Counted from the stretch's first letter, positions 9,594 through 19,987 are shown. The stretch is DNA of 64,000 nt from a virus (IMGVR_UViG_3300025859_000003), one strand, 5' to 3'. Numbers and translations: made by a program. The notes: a model not told the origin generated them from the letters alone.

Positions 9594-10166
9594 ATGGCGT
9601 TCAAAGTCCATGTCCTGCATATCGACTTCATCGATACTCAGGGCACCAAACATGCCATCATGAAGCAAGCCGAGGTGGACCTGGCTGTTGTCGGGGCCAC
9701 CGCCGGCTATTCAATCCAGATCCGCTACAACGGTGTCTTGTTGGCCACTCTCGCCGAGGGCGTGGACTGGACCGACGCTGCCTCGAATGCTCGTAACGCT
9801 GAGTTGATTTCGAAGGCTTTCAATCACCTTGGGTTGACCAAGCAGGTCGCTCTTCTTGCCGACTGGGAAGAAGGCACGGCCAACAGCCGCATTTACGCCC
9901 AGATGATCGGCCGCGGCGGCACTGGCTACGAACTCACTGTTGTCGGCGGTCCCAACATCACGGTTGACAGCGCGGCCGTCGCCTCCCTCCGGGAGTATAC
10001 CTACGACGGTCGAGGTCCTGGACAGGAAGTCCTTCAGAATTGGCTCGACGCCAACGTGCCGGTCATCGGTGCCGGCGCCGGACAGCGTATCGCTGGTAGT
10101 TTGAAAGTTGAATTCGTGCCCATCCCTGAAGGTACTCAGGTGATGGTCATGTGGGAAGAAAACTAA
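9594..10166 (+). CDS. Hypothetical structural protein
   Basis: Beta-rich, in the late operon. Confidence 0.5.
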   Translation: MAFKVHVLHIDFIDTQGTKHAIMKQAEVDLAVVGATAGYSIQIRYNGVLLATLAEGVDWTDAASNARNAELISKAFNHLGLTKQVALLADWEEGTANSRIYAQMIGRGGTGYELTVVGGPNITVDSAAVASLREYTYDGRGPGQEVLQNWLDANVPVIGAGAGQRIAGSLKVEFVPIPEGTQVMVMWEEN

Positions 10167-10169
10167 GGC

Positions 10170-10853
10170 GTGCCCTTCGACGATGACATCGTTTTTGTCG
10201 ACCCGAATGAGAAGCAGCAGGCCCACGAGGAAACTCGGTACTTCCATCAGGCCGACCTAGCCCAGCTCTCCCGGATCGACGACCGGGTGCGAAAGTCCTT
10301 TATCGACGTGCTTCAGTCGTACTTCGGACAGGACGAGATTCTGGACGGGTGCCCTAACGGATTTCGGTGGTATCCTGACGAGTCGCAGTCGAAGATTCTT
10401 ATCGCTGCCCGGTTTGTATCAGATCACATCGTCAAGAACCCTAACCACTCCATCATCATTGGCCGCGGATCCATTGTTTTCGACTCGTTCGCGATAAACA
10501 ACTGGAACATGCCGAACTGGTCCCGGTCTTATGGCAAATACTCTGTTCTCGCCTCTACGGATATTCAGGTAGAAGTTTCATCTGTTCAGCCCAAAGAGTG
10601 CGGAGAAATCGCCACACTGGTTGTAGGAGCGATCCTGTTCTTCAAGGACGTTCTGCGTCGCCGAGGGGACTTCCACAAGATCGGAAACCCTATAATGAAC
10701 AGTACCACGGCGAAGGAAGCTCAGGACTCAGAAGTCAGGCGGGGTGAGTGTCTTGTGACCGTACCTGTGACCTGGCCGATCGTTTGGAACTTGAAAAGCA
10801 ACCTTCGTCAGAAGCTGCAAATTGAGTTAGAGACCAAAACCCTAGACTGCTAG
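10170..10853 (+). CDS. Putative tail terminator/completion protein
   Basis: Directly upstream of the sheath gene; alpha/beta pattern. Confidence 0.45.
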   Translation: MPFDDDIVFVDPNEKQQAHEETRYFHQADLAQLSRIDDRVRKSFIDVLQSYFGQDEILDGCPNGFRWYPDESQSKILIAARFVSDHIVKNPNHSIIIGRGSIVFDSFAINNWNMPNWSRSYGKYSVLASTDIQVEVSSVQPKECGEIATLVVGAILFFKDVLRRRGDFHKIGNPIMNSTTAKEAQDSEVRRGECLVTVPVTWPIVWNLKSNLRQKLQIELETKTLDC

Positions 10854-10869
10854 GCGGAGGAATTAGCTT

Positions 10870-13800
10870 ATGGCTGGTGGATTCATTCCTGGACCGATTG
10901 ACCGCCCGAACGTCCTTGTCCAGCAGATTTTTCGGCTGGGCGACCCGGTTCCGCCGGCTTCGACGCTTCCCGCCGTATACATCGGTCCCAACCGCCATGT
11001 TGAGTTTGAGGAACAGCTCGGCTCCTACGTAGGCGGAACCGCTTCTACTTACACGATCAGCTCCCTGCTGAATTTCCCCGGAGCTACGATTGAGTCTTTT
11101 GACTCGATTGCCGGCATCGACTCAGACACCGGCGACAATGTGTCGTCTCCTGCTCTTCCGCAGGTGTTCCTGCGTCACGCCCTGTACGGGGATCTTCTGC
11201 TGGACGCGGCGGACTACTCGATCAACAGCTTGACGGCCGAGCTTTCTCTGATTGCCGGTATCAGCCTGGACGTCGCCGCCCTTACCTCCAACGCCGGGTC
11301 ATACACGGCATGGGGTAATCCGAACTTCGGCCGACGTCTCTTTGAGGACCTCACCGCAGACTTCCTGAATGCCGGCCTGGTGGTTGGCGATTCAATCTGG
11401 ATCGGTGGTGTTCGTACCTTCGAAGTCGTCCAGATTCTGAACCAGACTCAGCTGGTGGTGGAAGATTCGGTGGCCTCGCCGCTCGGTCCCACCGAAGACA
11501 TCACGTCTGGGTCGGTTACCTACACGGTCATGCGGACACTCACCGGCAGCAATCTGGTCGGTGATGTGTACATGTCCTACGTCGCTCTTCGCAGCGACCG
11601 GGCCAATCAGCTGCAGACCATCGACTTCGACAACATCGACAGTGAGCTTGGTGAGGCCAGCATCTATAACGAGCTGGCTCTGGCCGCAAATAACGGCCTT
11701 CTGAACACCAACTCCGCGGTGCTCTGCGTCCAGGTGGCCACAAACGACCTGGCCGGCTATACCGCGGCGCTGGAAGTTCTGGCCAACTCCGCTCTTCCTT
11801 ACAACCTGGTTCCGCTCACACAGAACCCGGAGATCCTGGCCGCCTTCCGCACCCACGTAGATGCGGAAAGCGACGCCGAGGTAGGCCACGAACGTCGTTT
11901 GTGGCAGAGCCAGCGGGTCGAAGAGGAAGTGTGCCGCGTCGACGACAACGACAGCACCTTTTTCACTCCGACCAAAGCCTCCCCGACGACCATGCAGTTC
12001 ACTGTGGGAGCCGGCGGAAAGAACATCCACACGTTCGGTGCCAAGCAGGGTGACACGGTAAAGGATCTTACCCCTGGTTTCGGCGGACAGGCGCGTATCA
12101 TCGCTGTCACCCCGACCGGTGGCGACGATGATCCGGTGGACGTCACCCTCGCGACTCCGAATACCCTCGGCAACGTGGGTACCCAAGGGTCGATGACGAT
12201 TACCCCGATCGCAGCCCAGAAGGGCGGCGTTCGCATCGACGCCGTGGCCGGCGCCCTGGCCGGTGAAATCGTAACCATCCGCGACAAGGTCTTCACCTTC
12301 GGCGTGGAGTGGTCCAACACAGCAACCCTGGTGAGTGCGATCAATGCCGCATTCGCCGGTGCTCTTACGGCAACCAACCCTGCAGGCTCTGAAGTCCGTA
12401 TCGAGACGGACACCGGTGGGTGGACCGACGCTCTCCTCCTTAGTGAGGGGTACACGATCTCCTCGAACGTGACAGGCGCCACCGTTGAAAGTGTCGCCGG
12501 CGGGTCTTCCCCTGTGACGCAGTTCGTGGTTGCCGATATGCCGGAAGGCGTCCGTGACGGCGAGACTTTCGCGATCCGGGACCAGGCGGGTAACCTCATC
12601 ACCTTCGAGTTCGACAACGAGCAGCTGATCGCCAACGGCGAACTGGGTGACGGTTCCTCTGTTTCCTTGAATGCCGTCACCGTGCAGATAGGCGGTCCTG
12701 CGATGAGCTCGGCTGAAGTCCGGGATCAGATCATTGCGGCTGCCAATCTGAAGAGGCACGACGGTGCCTTTACCGCGTCGGAGAATGTAACACCTCCGAT
12801 CGTGACGGTAACAGCGGACGCCACCGGCCAGATCGGTTCCACAGCAGCCACGGGCTCAATCACTGCGATCCAGGGCCAGGAAGCTGGAGCTCAGATCGAC
12901 GTCTCTGGTGCCGCCCCTGGCGATTCAGTGACTGTGGCCGGTGTGACCTTCAACTACGTAGCGATTCCGGTTCTCGCAACGGACTGGAGCACGGACGCTG
13001 AGTTGGCCGCGGCCATTCTGGGCAACATCCCGAATGTGTCGACCGCTACGCCAGGAGCAAACATCGTGGTGGTTCGTACCACCACCTACGGCTGGACGAA
13101 TGCCCTGCTGCTTACAGACGGACTTACGGTGGCTTCTGCGGGTGCTCTTCCTGCCTGGACTCGTATCGGTGGCGCCGCTCTGGCCCCCGCTGGTCAGTTC
13201 AACGTCGAGGGCGCGGTGTCCGGTGTCCAGGACGGCGAGACCTTCGTTCTGGATGACGGTGTGAACCCGGCGGTGACCTTTGAATTCGACCGCAACGCCT
13301 CGGTGATTCCGGGACGTGTGGCGGTGAACATCACCCTGGCGAACTCAGCTACCGCGGCGGCTTCAATCATCGAGGCAGCCGTCAACGGAGCTTCGCCGCT
13401 GAACATTACAGGGGCAGCGATCGCTACGGTCGTTGGCCTTACGAATGACGTGGCTGGAACAGCAGGAAACCAGGCGATCTCAGACACGGTGGTCGACGCC
13501 GGATTCATTGTGGCCGGTATGGCTGGCGGTACGAACGGAACCATGGTTGGTCCGGAAACAGTCGTTGGGGCAGGTTTTGTGGTGACCTCGACCTCACCGG
13601 GCGGAGGTGCCATCAACGGTACACCTCTTACGGCCTGGGAGATCTGCTCGTGGCCGCTGACGGTGGACCAGCAGGCTACCGCCGCGGCTCAGATTCCTCA
13701 GGGGATCATGAACCGCCGCGTGTCCAACGTCTGGCCGCATGAAACAGATATCATCTTCACCGACCTTTCAGCCGGCGTGGCTGGACCGACCAACGGAACC

Positions 13801-14382
13801 GGATTGTTTTCCGGCAAAACGGTCATCGTCCAGCGCGAGGGCGGACACTGGATCTGCGTGGGGCTGGCAGGACGTAAGTCAGGCCTGAACCCGGCTCTTC
13901 CTTTGACCGGCCGCGACATCTCCGGTGTGTACCAGCTCAGGGACGTGGACGACAAGTTCAGCCGGTCTCAGTTGGACCGCATCCTTTCCACTGGCAACGT
14001 GCTCATGGAGCAGCTCGGTGGCGCCGGAACACCTGTCACCGCGGTTCGCAACGTCACCACGGACACCACGGACCTGAAGACCATCGAAGAGTCGGTTACG
14101 GCCACGGTGGACAATTTCGCCAAGGATGTCCGTACGGCGACCAAGTCGCTGTTCGGACCGAACATCATCGACCCCGAAGGTCAGTTCTTCGATGCCTTCA
14201 GTGCCAGGGTTCAGTCGGTGATCTACCGCTATGTCGACAAGGCCAATCGCAGGGCGGCCAACATCGAGATCGTGGCGGTGTTTGTGAACCCGGCCCGCAA
14301 GGACTCGGTGATCATGGAGGTCAACTTCACCCCGGTGTTCCCGGCGAACCAAGGCATCGTGCGGATCTTTGTAGGCGAATAG
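10870..14382 (+). CDS. Contractile tail sheath protein with large duplicated insertion
   Basis: N-term RPNVLVQQ, mid ALEVL..PYNLVPLTQ, C-term VRNVTTD...ESVTATVD...PVFPANQGIVRI, typical of sheath cores. Confidence 0.85.
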   Translation: MAGGFIPGPIDRPNVLVQQIFRLGDPVPPASTLPAVYIGPNRHVEFEEQLGSYVGGTASTYTISSLLNFPGATIESFDSIAGIDSDTGDNVSSPALPQVFLRHALYGDLLLDAADYSINSLTAELSLIAGISLDVAALTSNAGSYTAWGNPNFGRRLFEDLTADFLNAGLVVGDSIWIGGVRTFEVVQILNQTQLVVEDSVASPLGPTEDITSGSVTYTVMRTLTGSNLVGDVYMSYVALRSDRANQLQTIDFDNIDSELGEASIYNELALAANNGLLNTNSAVLCVQVATNDLAGYTAALEVLANSALPYNLVPLTQNPEILAAFRTHVDAESDAEVGHERRLWQSQRVEEEVCRVDDNDSTFFTPTKASPTTMQFTVGAGGKNIHTFGAKQGDTVKDLTPGFGGQARIIAVTPTGGDDDPVDVTLATPNTLGNVGTQGSMTITPIAAQKGGVRIDAVAGALAGEIVTIRDKVFTFGVEWSNTATLVSAINAAFAGALTATNPAGSEVRIETDTGGWTDALLLSEGYTISSNVTGATVESVAGGSSPVTQFVVADMPEGVRDGETFAIRDQAGNLITFEFDNEQLIANGELGDGSSVSLNAVTVQIGGPAMSSAEVRDQIIAAANLKRHDGAFTASENVTPPIVTVTADATGQIGSTAATGSITAIQGQEAGAQIDVSGAAPGDSVTVAGVTFNYVAIPVLATDWSTDAELAAAILGNIPNVSTATPGANIVVVRTTTYGWTNALLLTDGLTVASAGALPAWTRIGGAALAPAGQFNVEGAVSGVQDGETFVLDDGVNPAVTFEFDRNASVIPGRVAVNITLANSATAAASIIEAAVNGASPLNITGAAIATVVGLTNDVAGTAGNQAISDTVVDAGFIVAGMAGGTNGTMVGPETVVGAGFVVTSTSPGGGAINGTPLTAWEICSWPLTVDQQATAAAQIPQGIMNRRVSNVWPHETDIIFTDLSAGVAGPTNGTGLFSGKTVIVQREGGHWICVGLAGRKSGLNPALPLTGRDISGVYQLRDVDDKFSRSQLDRILSTGNVLMEQLGGAGTPVTAVRNVTTDTTDLKTIEESVTATVDNFAKDVRTATKSLFGPNIIDPEGQFFDAFSARVQSVIYRYVDKANRRAANIEIVAVFVNPARKDSVIMEVNFTPVFPANQGIVRIFVGE

Positions 14383-14400
14383 TAACCCGGAGCGGTTCAG

Positions 14401-15186
14401 ATGGCTGACTTCTTGAATTGGAGCTGGACCTCAGCTCACGTGCAGACAGAGGTCGTGAACGGCGAATACGTCACGTCGGAAGCGGCGCTGATCGCCGCCG
14501 GTCCTCCTCGTCTGGACAATATCCGCAATCTGACAGGGACTCGATTTGAAGACTCCTTGTCGGTTGCTCTTGACTCGGCGCCTATCACTCTTCAGCCGAT
14601 CGGGCTCTTGAGCAACTTCCAGGCGAACCAGAATCGCAACGTGAACCGTCTGTTCGAAATCGGTTCAGCCAGGGCCTACATGATCCCTGGACGTCATTTT
14701 GCAGCCTTCAGCATGGGCCGGATCATGTTCTTTGGTCCCTCGCTCCTACGTATGCTGTACGCCTGGTACCCGGATGAGAACCTTCAGTTCTCTCACGGGA
14801 AGTTCATCGCCGGTCAGGGAATCAACCAGGCTTTCGGACCTGGAGGCGAGTGGCCGACTATCGGAGTTGAGGATGCTCCGGGTTTCGGACCGTCGCAGAA
14901 CATCAACGCTGTCGGTCAGCAGAACAACCAGGATTCACCGCGCAATAACGCCGACTTCTGGATCAACCTGACGTCGATCGTTTTCCGTCAGAGTCTGGGC
15001 CTGTGTATGCTCCTGAAGGCCTCGAACAACAAGACCTACGGCGCCTGCTACCTGGAAGACTGTATGCTGGAAGGCCACGGATTCGGCCTGGACGCCAACA
15101 ACGTGGTCATCACGGAGGCCGTCAACGGACAGTTCGATCGTATCCGCCCGATTCACATCCTGGGAGTCAACTCTGGCGGTAGTTAG
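14401..15186 (+). CDS. Tail tube protein
   Basis: Follows the sheath gene; PIGLLSNFQANQNRNVNRLFEIGS...YLEDC motif. Confidence 0.75.
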   Translation: MADFLNWSWTSAHVQTEVVNGEYVTSEAALIAAGPPRLDNIRNLTGTRFEDSLSVALDSAPITLQPIGLLSNFQANQNRNVNRLFEIGSARAYMIPGRHFAAFSMGRIMFFGPSLLRMLYAWYPDENLQFSHGKFIAGQGINQAFGPGGEWPTIGVEDAPGFGPSQNINAVGQQNNQDSPRNNADFWINLTSIVFRQSLGLCMLLKASNNKTYGACYLEDCMLEGHGFGLDANNVVITEAVNGQFDRIRPIHILGVNSGGS

Positions 15187-15218
15187 TGTTGGCGGTTCGG
15201 TCATCACCGCCTACTGGA

Positions 15219-15258
15219 GGCAACGGGGAGCGCGAGAGCACTCCCCGTTGTTGTTTTT
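15219..15258 (+). terminator. Terminator between convergent late and replication blocks
   Basis: CAACGGGGAG..CTCCCCGTTG then TTGTTTTT. Confidence 0.75.
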
Positions 15259-16030
15259 ACGCCGAGTAGAAGTTGGCGAGCATGGCTTCTTTGTTGATGC
15301 TCCGGTAGAGCTCGCGAAGAGTGTTGTACTCGATTCTGCGGATGTCGTCTACTGACATAGAGAGAGCCTCAGCAAGCTCGCTGTAAGTCTTGACAGGTCC
15401 GGAGAGCCCGTATCGGCAGCTGATCACCGTGCGTTCTGTAGCTCCGAGCTTTTTGAGTGACTCGCGAAGCTTCGTTCCCTTGATGTTGTTTTCGATAGCA
15501 TCGACTACATCAGGGATGTCGTGGTCTTCCTTGTCGAAGCCCTCAAAGTGAGAGATCGGCGATACGTTGATGGTTACGTTCTTGACCTGGGATAAAGCCT
15601 TGGCGGGTTTGCTGGAGTTGACTTCAAAGAGGATGATCTTACGGATGTTGTCCTCGATATGCCAAGCTGCGTAGGTGATGAGCTTACATTCCTTGTCGGG
15701 CTTGAACTCGTCGATAGCTTTCATCATCCCAATACAACCAGCGCTGATGGCTTCAAGGAACAAGCTGTTTGACGGCTTGGCGGTGGAGTAGTGCCGGCGT
15801 ACCGCGGTCTTCGCTTTGCGGATGATAAACTTCAGGTTGTGGTACACCAGGGCCTTCTTAGCCTCCTGATCGCCGGCGACGGCGCGATAGAGGAGGTCCT
15901 CCTCTTCTTCGGGCGTCAACAGCTGGATGTTCTTGGACTGGTCAAAGAAGGCGTGTACATCCTCGTCGTTGGCGAGGTGCATCATGAGCCTGTCGTATTT
16001 ACCACTGAATCCGTTGGAGGTGTTTGCCAT
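15257..16030 (-). CDS. Phage sigma-70 family RNA polymerase sigma factor
   Basis: LLTPEEE, LVYHNLKF, GMMKAIDEF...TYAAWHI (region 2), RYGL..KTYSELAEALSMS..IRRIE (region 4). Confidence 0.9.
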   Translation of the reverse strand: MANTSNGFSGKYDRLMMHLANDEDVHAFFDQSKNIQLLTPEEEEDLLYRAVAGDQEAKKALVYHNLKFIIRKAKTAVRRHYSTAKPSNSLFLEAISAGCIGMMKAIDEFKPDKECKLITYAAWHIEDNIRKIILFEVNSSKPAKALSQVKNVTINVSPISHFEGFDKEDHDIPDVVDAIENNIKGTKLRESLKKLGATERTVISCRYGLSGPVKTYSELAEALSMSVDDIRRIEYNTLRELYRSINKEAMLANFYSA

Positions 16031-16482
16031 TATCCGAACACCTCCTTGAGCTTGCGGAGGAGTGTTTCCAGCACCAGCTCAACCTGTTCGCCGGGGATGC
16101 CAGTCATGATCAAGTCAAGCTGGTCGTTGAACATCGGACTCTGCGACACGTCGATACGGCACACCATCTCAGGGAAGCGGGCGCCAGGCTGGTACTTGGT
16201 CACCCAGTTACGGATGAGCTCGGAGAGCTTCCGCATCACCGTGAGGCCCTTACACTTCTTGAAGTGAAGTTTGATGTCCCACTGGGTTTTACTTCTCGAC
16301 CACGGTGTGCTGATGATCCCCAGGGTGAAGTTATGATGGAAGTCCTCACCGCGGATAGTGAACTCGACGGGTAAGAAAGACTCCTTCAGCTTTCCAGTCT
16401 CCTTGTCCCAAAGGTCAGCGAACTCCTTGAAGCCTTCGACGGAGTCGGGTAGCGGCAGAGATGCTATGTTCCTTTGGTCCAT
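16030..16482 (-). CDS. Hypothetical protein
   Basis: Stop overlaps the sigma start (TAATG); 150 aa. Confidence 0.6.
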   Translation of the reverse strand: MDQRNIASLPLPDSVEGFKEFADLWDKETGKLKESFLPVEFTIRGEDFHHNFTLGIISTPWSRSKTQWDIKLHFKKCKGLTVMRKLSELIRNWVTKYQPGARFPEMVCRIDVSQSPMFNDQLDLIMTGIPGEQVELVLETLLRKLKEVFG

Positions 16483-16918
16483 AATTGATAGCCCTGGAGA
16501 GGTCAGGCCTTCGCCTAATTTCTTTCAAAAGGGCCCAGAAGCCCATACGATTCAAAACGATCTGGAGGATGGAACCCGCGTAGAAACTACGACAAGTATA
16601 GGCCCGATTCCTCGATTCGTCCAACAATCTTGCGGCAAGATCTTTACGAATGGTCACCGTCTTGAAGAGCCGGAACCGTTGTACGATCTTTTTTCTACTC
16701 GGTCCAAGGGGACCGTTGCCTTTGATCTTGTGGTCGCCAGCGTAGTAGAGAATCAGTATGTTTTCAACGATTTGACCGTACGAAAGACGAAGTCTTCGTT
16801 GGAGAGCAACTAGCGCCCGTAGGCCGTCCTCGGTCAGTCTGATTCGCGCTCGGCGCGAGAAGGGGCGCTGCTTGGAGGCTGCATGACCTGGTTTTCGTAG
16901 TTCTTGCAGTTTTCGCAC
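16415..16918 (-). CDS. Basic protein, possibly tandem ribbon-helix-helix
   Basis: RIRLTEDGLRALVALQRRLRLSYGQIVE and KTVTIRKDLAARL segments; start uncertain, overlaps neighbours. Confidence 0.35.
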   Translation of the reverse strand: MRKLQELRKPGHAASKQRPFSRRARIRLTEDGLRALVALQRRLRLSYGQIVENILILYYAGDHKIKGNGPLGPSRKKIVQRFRLFKTVTIRKDLAARLLDESRNRAYTCRSFYAGSILQIVLNRMGFWALLKEIRRRPDLSRAINYGPKEHSISAATRLRRRLQGVR

Positions 16919-17025
16919 GACGTTTTGACCATGGTCTGGCCACCGGCTACCTTCACTGACTGGTGATGGACAGGGGCGCCGCAGTTCGGACAGATGTCCG
17001 GAGTACCATACTTGACTAATCCCAT
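16834..17025 (-). CDS. Small Zn-ribbon protein
   Basis: CPNC...CENC. Confidence 0.5.
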   Translation of the reverse strand: MGLVKYGTPDICPNCGAPVHHQSVKVAGGQTMVKTSCENCKNYENQVMQPPSSAPSRAERESD

Positions 17026-17087
17026 CTTATACCTCTAACGGTGGTCACCTGGACAGGTTTTCCACTGCTCCTTAGTCATCGACATGG

Positions 17088-17711
17088 CTACAACGATACG
17101 TTCTCAAGTTCACGGAGTCCAGTAGAAGCTACCCCTAAAGAGTCGTAAGCGTCACTTCCGAAGGGGGGCCCGTCTTTACGAAGGCTCCATATCGTTGTGG
17201 ACGTGATGATCTTCCGCAGGTTGTCGGCGTTCATTTTCGTCAGGTACCGTAATACAGCGGATTGCACAGAGTTTTTCATGTGCATCTCCCTTTCGGCCTG
17301 GTTCTGTTTCCCGCGCAAGAACGTGGGGGCAGCTACTTCAGCCCCGATATGCTTTTTCCAGGTGGACGTGTTGAACATCAAAGGAACAGAATTCGTGGCG
17401 TTATAGACCACCAGCCGAGCCACCCCAAGCATCTGGCACAGCACGGAGTAGCTGAGCTGGTTCCGCACTTTCGGCGGCTCCTCGATGGACACCACCAAGG
17501 CGTCTGTCTCTTTGAGGTTCTTCTTGATCTCAAGCAGACTGTTGTACAGGTCTTTCTGGAGCTCCCGTAACCGGACCACCCCGGAGAACCTGGACAGGTC
17601 CCACTCGCTCACGTAGAGGATGTTGTAGTCCCCTGAGATGGCTGAGATGGCTCCTCTGGTGCCAACGTCTATTCCGACAGAGACAATCATGTCTTCCTCT
17701 GCAGTCATCAT
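17088..17711 (-). CDS. RuvC-like Holliday junction resolvase
   Basis: VGIDVG, SIEEP, TSTWKKHIG, DAYDSLGVA motifs. Confidence 0.8.
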   Translation of the reverse strand: MMTAEEDMIVSVGIDVGTRGAISAISGDYNILYVSEWDLSRFSGVVRLRELQKDLYNSLLEIKKNLKETDALVVSIEEPPKVRNQLSYSVLCQMLGVARLVVYNATNSVPLMFNTSTWKKHIGAEVAAPTFLRGKQNQAEREMHMKNSVQSAVLRYLTKMNADNLRKIITSTTIWSLRKDGPPFGSDAYDSLGVASTGLRELENVSL

Positions 17712-18376
17712 AGACCCTGTACCCCACCTTTCATTTTCTGAAGGATCTGGTCAGGCAGGAGTCTCTCGATGTCGCTCTTAGGTGCAGGTTTGACGGTACT
17801 CCAAGGATACTTGTCCATCATCTGCGTCAGGATTTTGGTGGCCAACGCAGGGCTGACCATATCAGGATATTTGCGTACCGCGGTCGGCAGGAAAGAGTAG
17901 GGCAGGTCCAGATCGAAAGGCTCTGTCAACGGGGCGTGATCGATAGCCGGCCTCTTGGCTCCGCCTTTTGTTGTTTCAACCATGTAGTAGCGGACTATGG
18001 CCAGTTGCACCTTGAACCGTAGTACCGGAAGACGAAGCGTCCCCCTCTTTACAACCGCGGTGGTTACCTCGCTCACGAACAGGGTAAAATGCTGACCCTC
18101 GTCGTCTTCGACGGCCATGGTCACAAGCATCTCAGGCGGAATGACCTTCCTGTCCGCAGCGGTGAGGCCCAGATCATCTACAGGTCCTGGGTCCTCCTGT
18201 TTGACGGGTTCAAGCTTAGTCTCGTGTTTGGGGTCATCAGGTCGACCAAACACGTCGTCTTCAAACTCTCCGAGAAGATCCTCCCGGAACTCGATTTCCT
18301 CCGGCGACACCAACTCGTCCGGAAGCGGGTTATCTCCGGTGTAGAGGTTCCTTTTCTTCTTGCGCTTACGTCCCAT
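17708..18376 (-). CDS. Hypothetical protein
   Basis: SD GAGG, stop overlaps the next start. Confidence 0.6.
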   Translation of the reverse strand: MGRKRKKKRNLYTGDNPLPDELVSPEEIEFREDLLGEFEDDVFGRPDDPKHETKLEPVKQEDPGPVDDLGLTAADRKVIPPEMLVTMAVEDDEGQHFTLFVSEVTTAVVKRGTLRLPVLRFKVQLAIVRYYMVETTKGGAKRPAIDHAPLTEPFDLDLPYSFLPTAVRKYPDMVSPALATKILTQMMDKYPWSTVKPAPKSDIERLLPDQILQKMKGGVQGL

Positions 18377-18442
18377 GGCCTACCTCACGTAGTAAAAGAA
18401 AAGGGGTGGCCACTGGGCACAGACCACCCCTTATAAGGTCTC

Positions 18443-19969
18443 CTACGTGGAGGCCTTCTGAAGCTTCAACAGCTCACGCAAGATCTTGCGTGGGTCCTTG
18501 CCGTCGGCGAGTTCCTTGTACTCATCCTCGGACATGCCGATGTCTTTCTTGACCTTGGTGATGGACACGGAGATCTCGTTGTCAGTCAACTCGGACAGCT
18601 TCTTTTTCTTCTTCTTTTCGGGCTTCTCGTCGGTTACCTCTTCGGGGGTCTCCTCGACGGGTTCCTCAACTGCTTCATTGGGAGTTTCCTCGGCTGCTTC
18701 CGCAACCGGCTCATCTTCCGCCTTCTTTTTCGGACCGCGCTTGGCTCCCTTCTTCTCAGGCTCCGGCTCTTCCACTTTCTTGGCGCCCTTGAAGCTCTTC
18801 GTAAGAACTTCCTCGGACTTACGGATGTCCTCGTTGTCGATGGTCATGACACCAGTGCGAAGCAGGTAAGCGCCGACATTCAAGTGGACTTCCTTGATCT
18901 GTTCCACCTTGACGCCAAGCTTCTTGGCGACGTAGCGCGGCTCCTCTTCGAGCATGAAGTAGTCACCGACCTGGAAGATGCGGATATGCGGAAGGTCCTT
19001 GAGCTGCGGGCTGGTCTGGAACTTGTGGACTTTGAACGGGATCAACGCGAGACCGTAGGCTTCCTGGAAGAGCTGACGAGCCCTTTCCGCTGCCATAAGT
19101 TTCTGGCCCTGGTTGACCTGCAACATCCAGTGGGAGACAGCTTCGACAAGGGCAGCACCGAGACTTGGAGCTTCACGGTTCTCTTCCTTGGCGATGTCCA
19201 TGGCAAGGCGGTGCGCCTGCAGGACGGTCTGCTTCTGAGAGGACGGTACTTCAAAGGACATACGTTCCATCGGATCAGCGTCGTTATCTCCATCCTGCAG
19301 AGCTTTCATCTCTGCTTCGCGCTGTCCGAAGCGCTGCTTCATCTCGTTGTCGAATTCCTTATCGGTGAGGATGTCGACGGGGTTCTCCGGCGACTCCATC
19401 ATTTTCTGGTCAAGGACCTTGAAGTCGTCCTGGGTGGCGACGTTCTTCTCGATCTTGTCGTAGAACGCAGCCAGCCTGCGGTACTTGTACAGATGCAGGT
19501 TGGACGGGTCTGCCCCCATGAGGGTCAAGCAGAGCACCGCCTTGTGGTGGCGCTCCACCGTGCTGTAGCTGTCACCCAACTTCTTTTCGAAGTAGTCAGT
19601 GCGAGGGTAAATCTTTCCGTTCTTGTCCGGCTCCCTCCACGCCTGACGGGCGATCAGCCTGGAGCTGGAGAGCGCGTACTCAATACGGTTCTCATTCATC
19701 GAATGACGTGAACCGATGTGGCGCTCCTCAAGCTGTTCGGTGCTGAGGCTCAGGCCGTACTTCTTACGGTTCTCTTTGGACATGTTCTTGAAGAGCAAGT
19801 CCTCGGCATCCGGTGCCGAGTTGAAAGCCTCCAAAGCTTTGGCGGCTTCTGTAAGGGGAACCTTTGACAGGTCACGAACCTTCTTTTCTGCCGACGCTTC
19901 TTTGTGTTCAACTACTTCTACATCGATGATCTTCTTCACTTCTACCTCAACAACTTTCTTCTTGGCCAT
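18443..19969 (-). CDS. Hypothetical K/E-rich protein, possible DNA-binding
   Basis: Start re-assigned to MAKKK after SD AGGAG. HTH-like TDYFEKKLGDSYSTVERH and RHH-like MERMSFEVPSSQKQTV segments. Confidence 0.55.
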   Translation of the reverse strand: MAKKKVVEVEVKKIIDVEVVEHKEASAEKKVRDLSKVPLTEAAKALEAFNSAPDAEDLLFKNMSKENRKKYGLSLSTEQLEERHIGSRHSMNENRIEYALSSSRLIARQAWREPDKNGKIYPRTDYFEKKLGDSYSTVERHHKAVLCLTLMGADPSNLHLYKYRRLAAFYDKIEKNVATQDDFKVLDQKMMESPENPVDILTDKEFDNEMKQRFGQREAEMKALQDGDNDADPMERMSFEVPSSQKQTVLQAHRLAMDIAKEENREAPSLGAALVEAVSHWMLQVNQGQKLMAAERARQLFQEAYGLALIPFKVHKFQTSPQLKDLPHIRIFQVGDYFMLEEEPRYVAKKLGVKVEQIKEVHLNVGAYLLRTGVMTIDNEDIRKSEEVLTKSFKGAKKVEEPEPEKKGAKRGPKKKAEDEPVAEAAEETPNEAVEEPVEETPEEVTDEKPEKKKKKKLSELTDNEISVSITKVKKDIGMSEDEYKELADGKDPRKILRELLKLQKAST

Positions 19970-19987
19970 CACAGACTCCTGGAGTTT

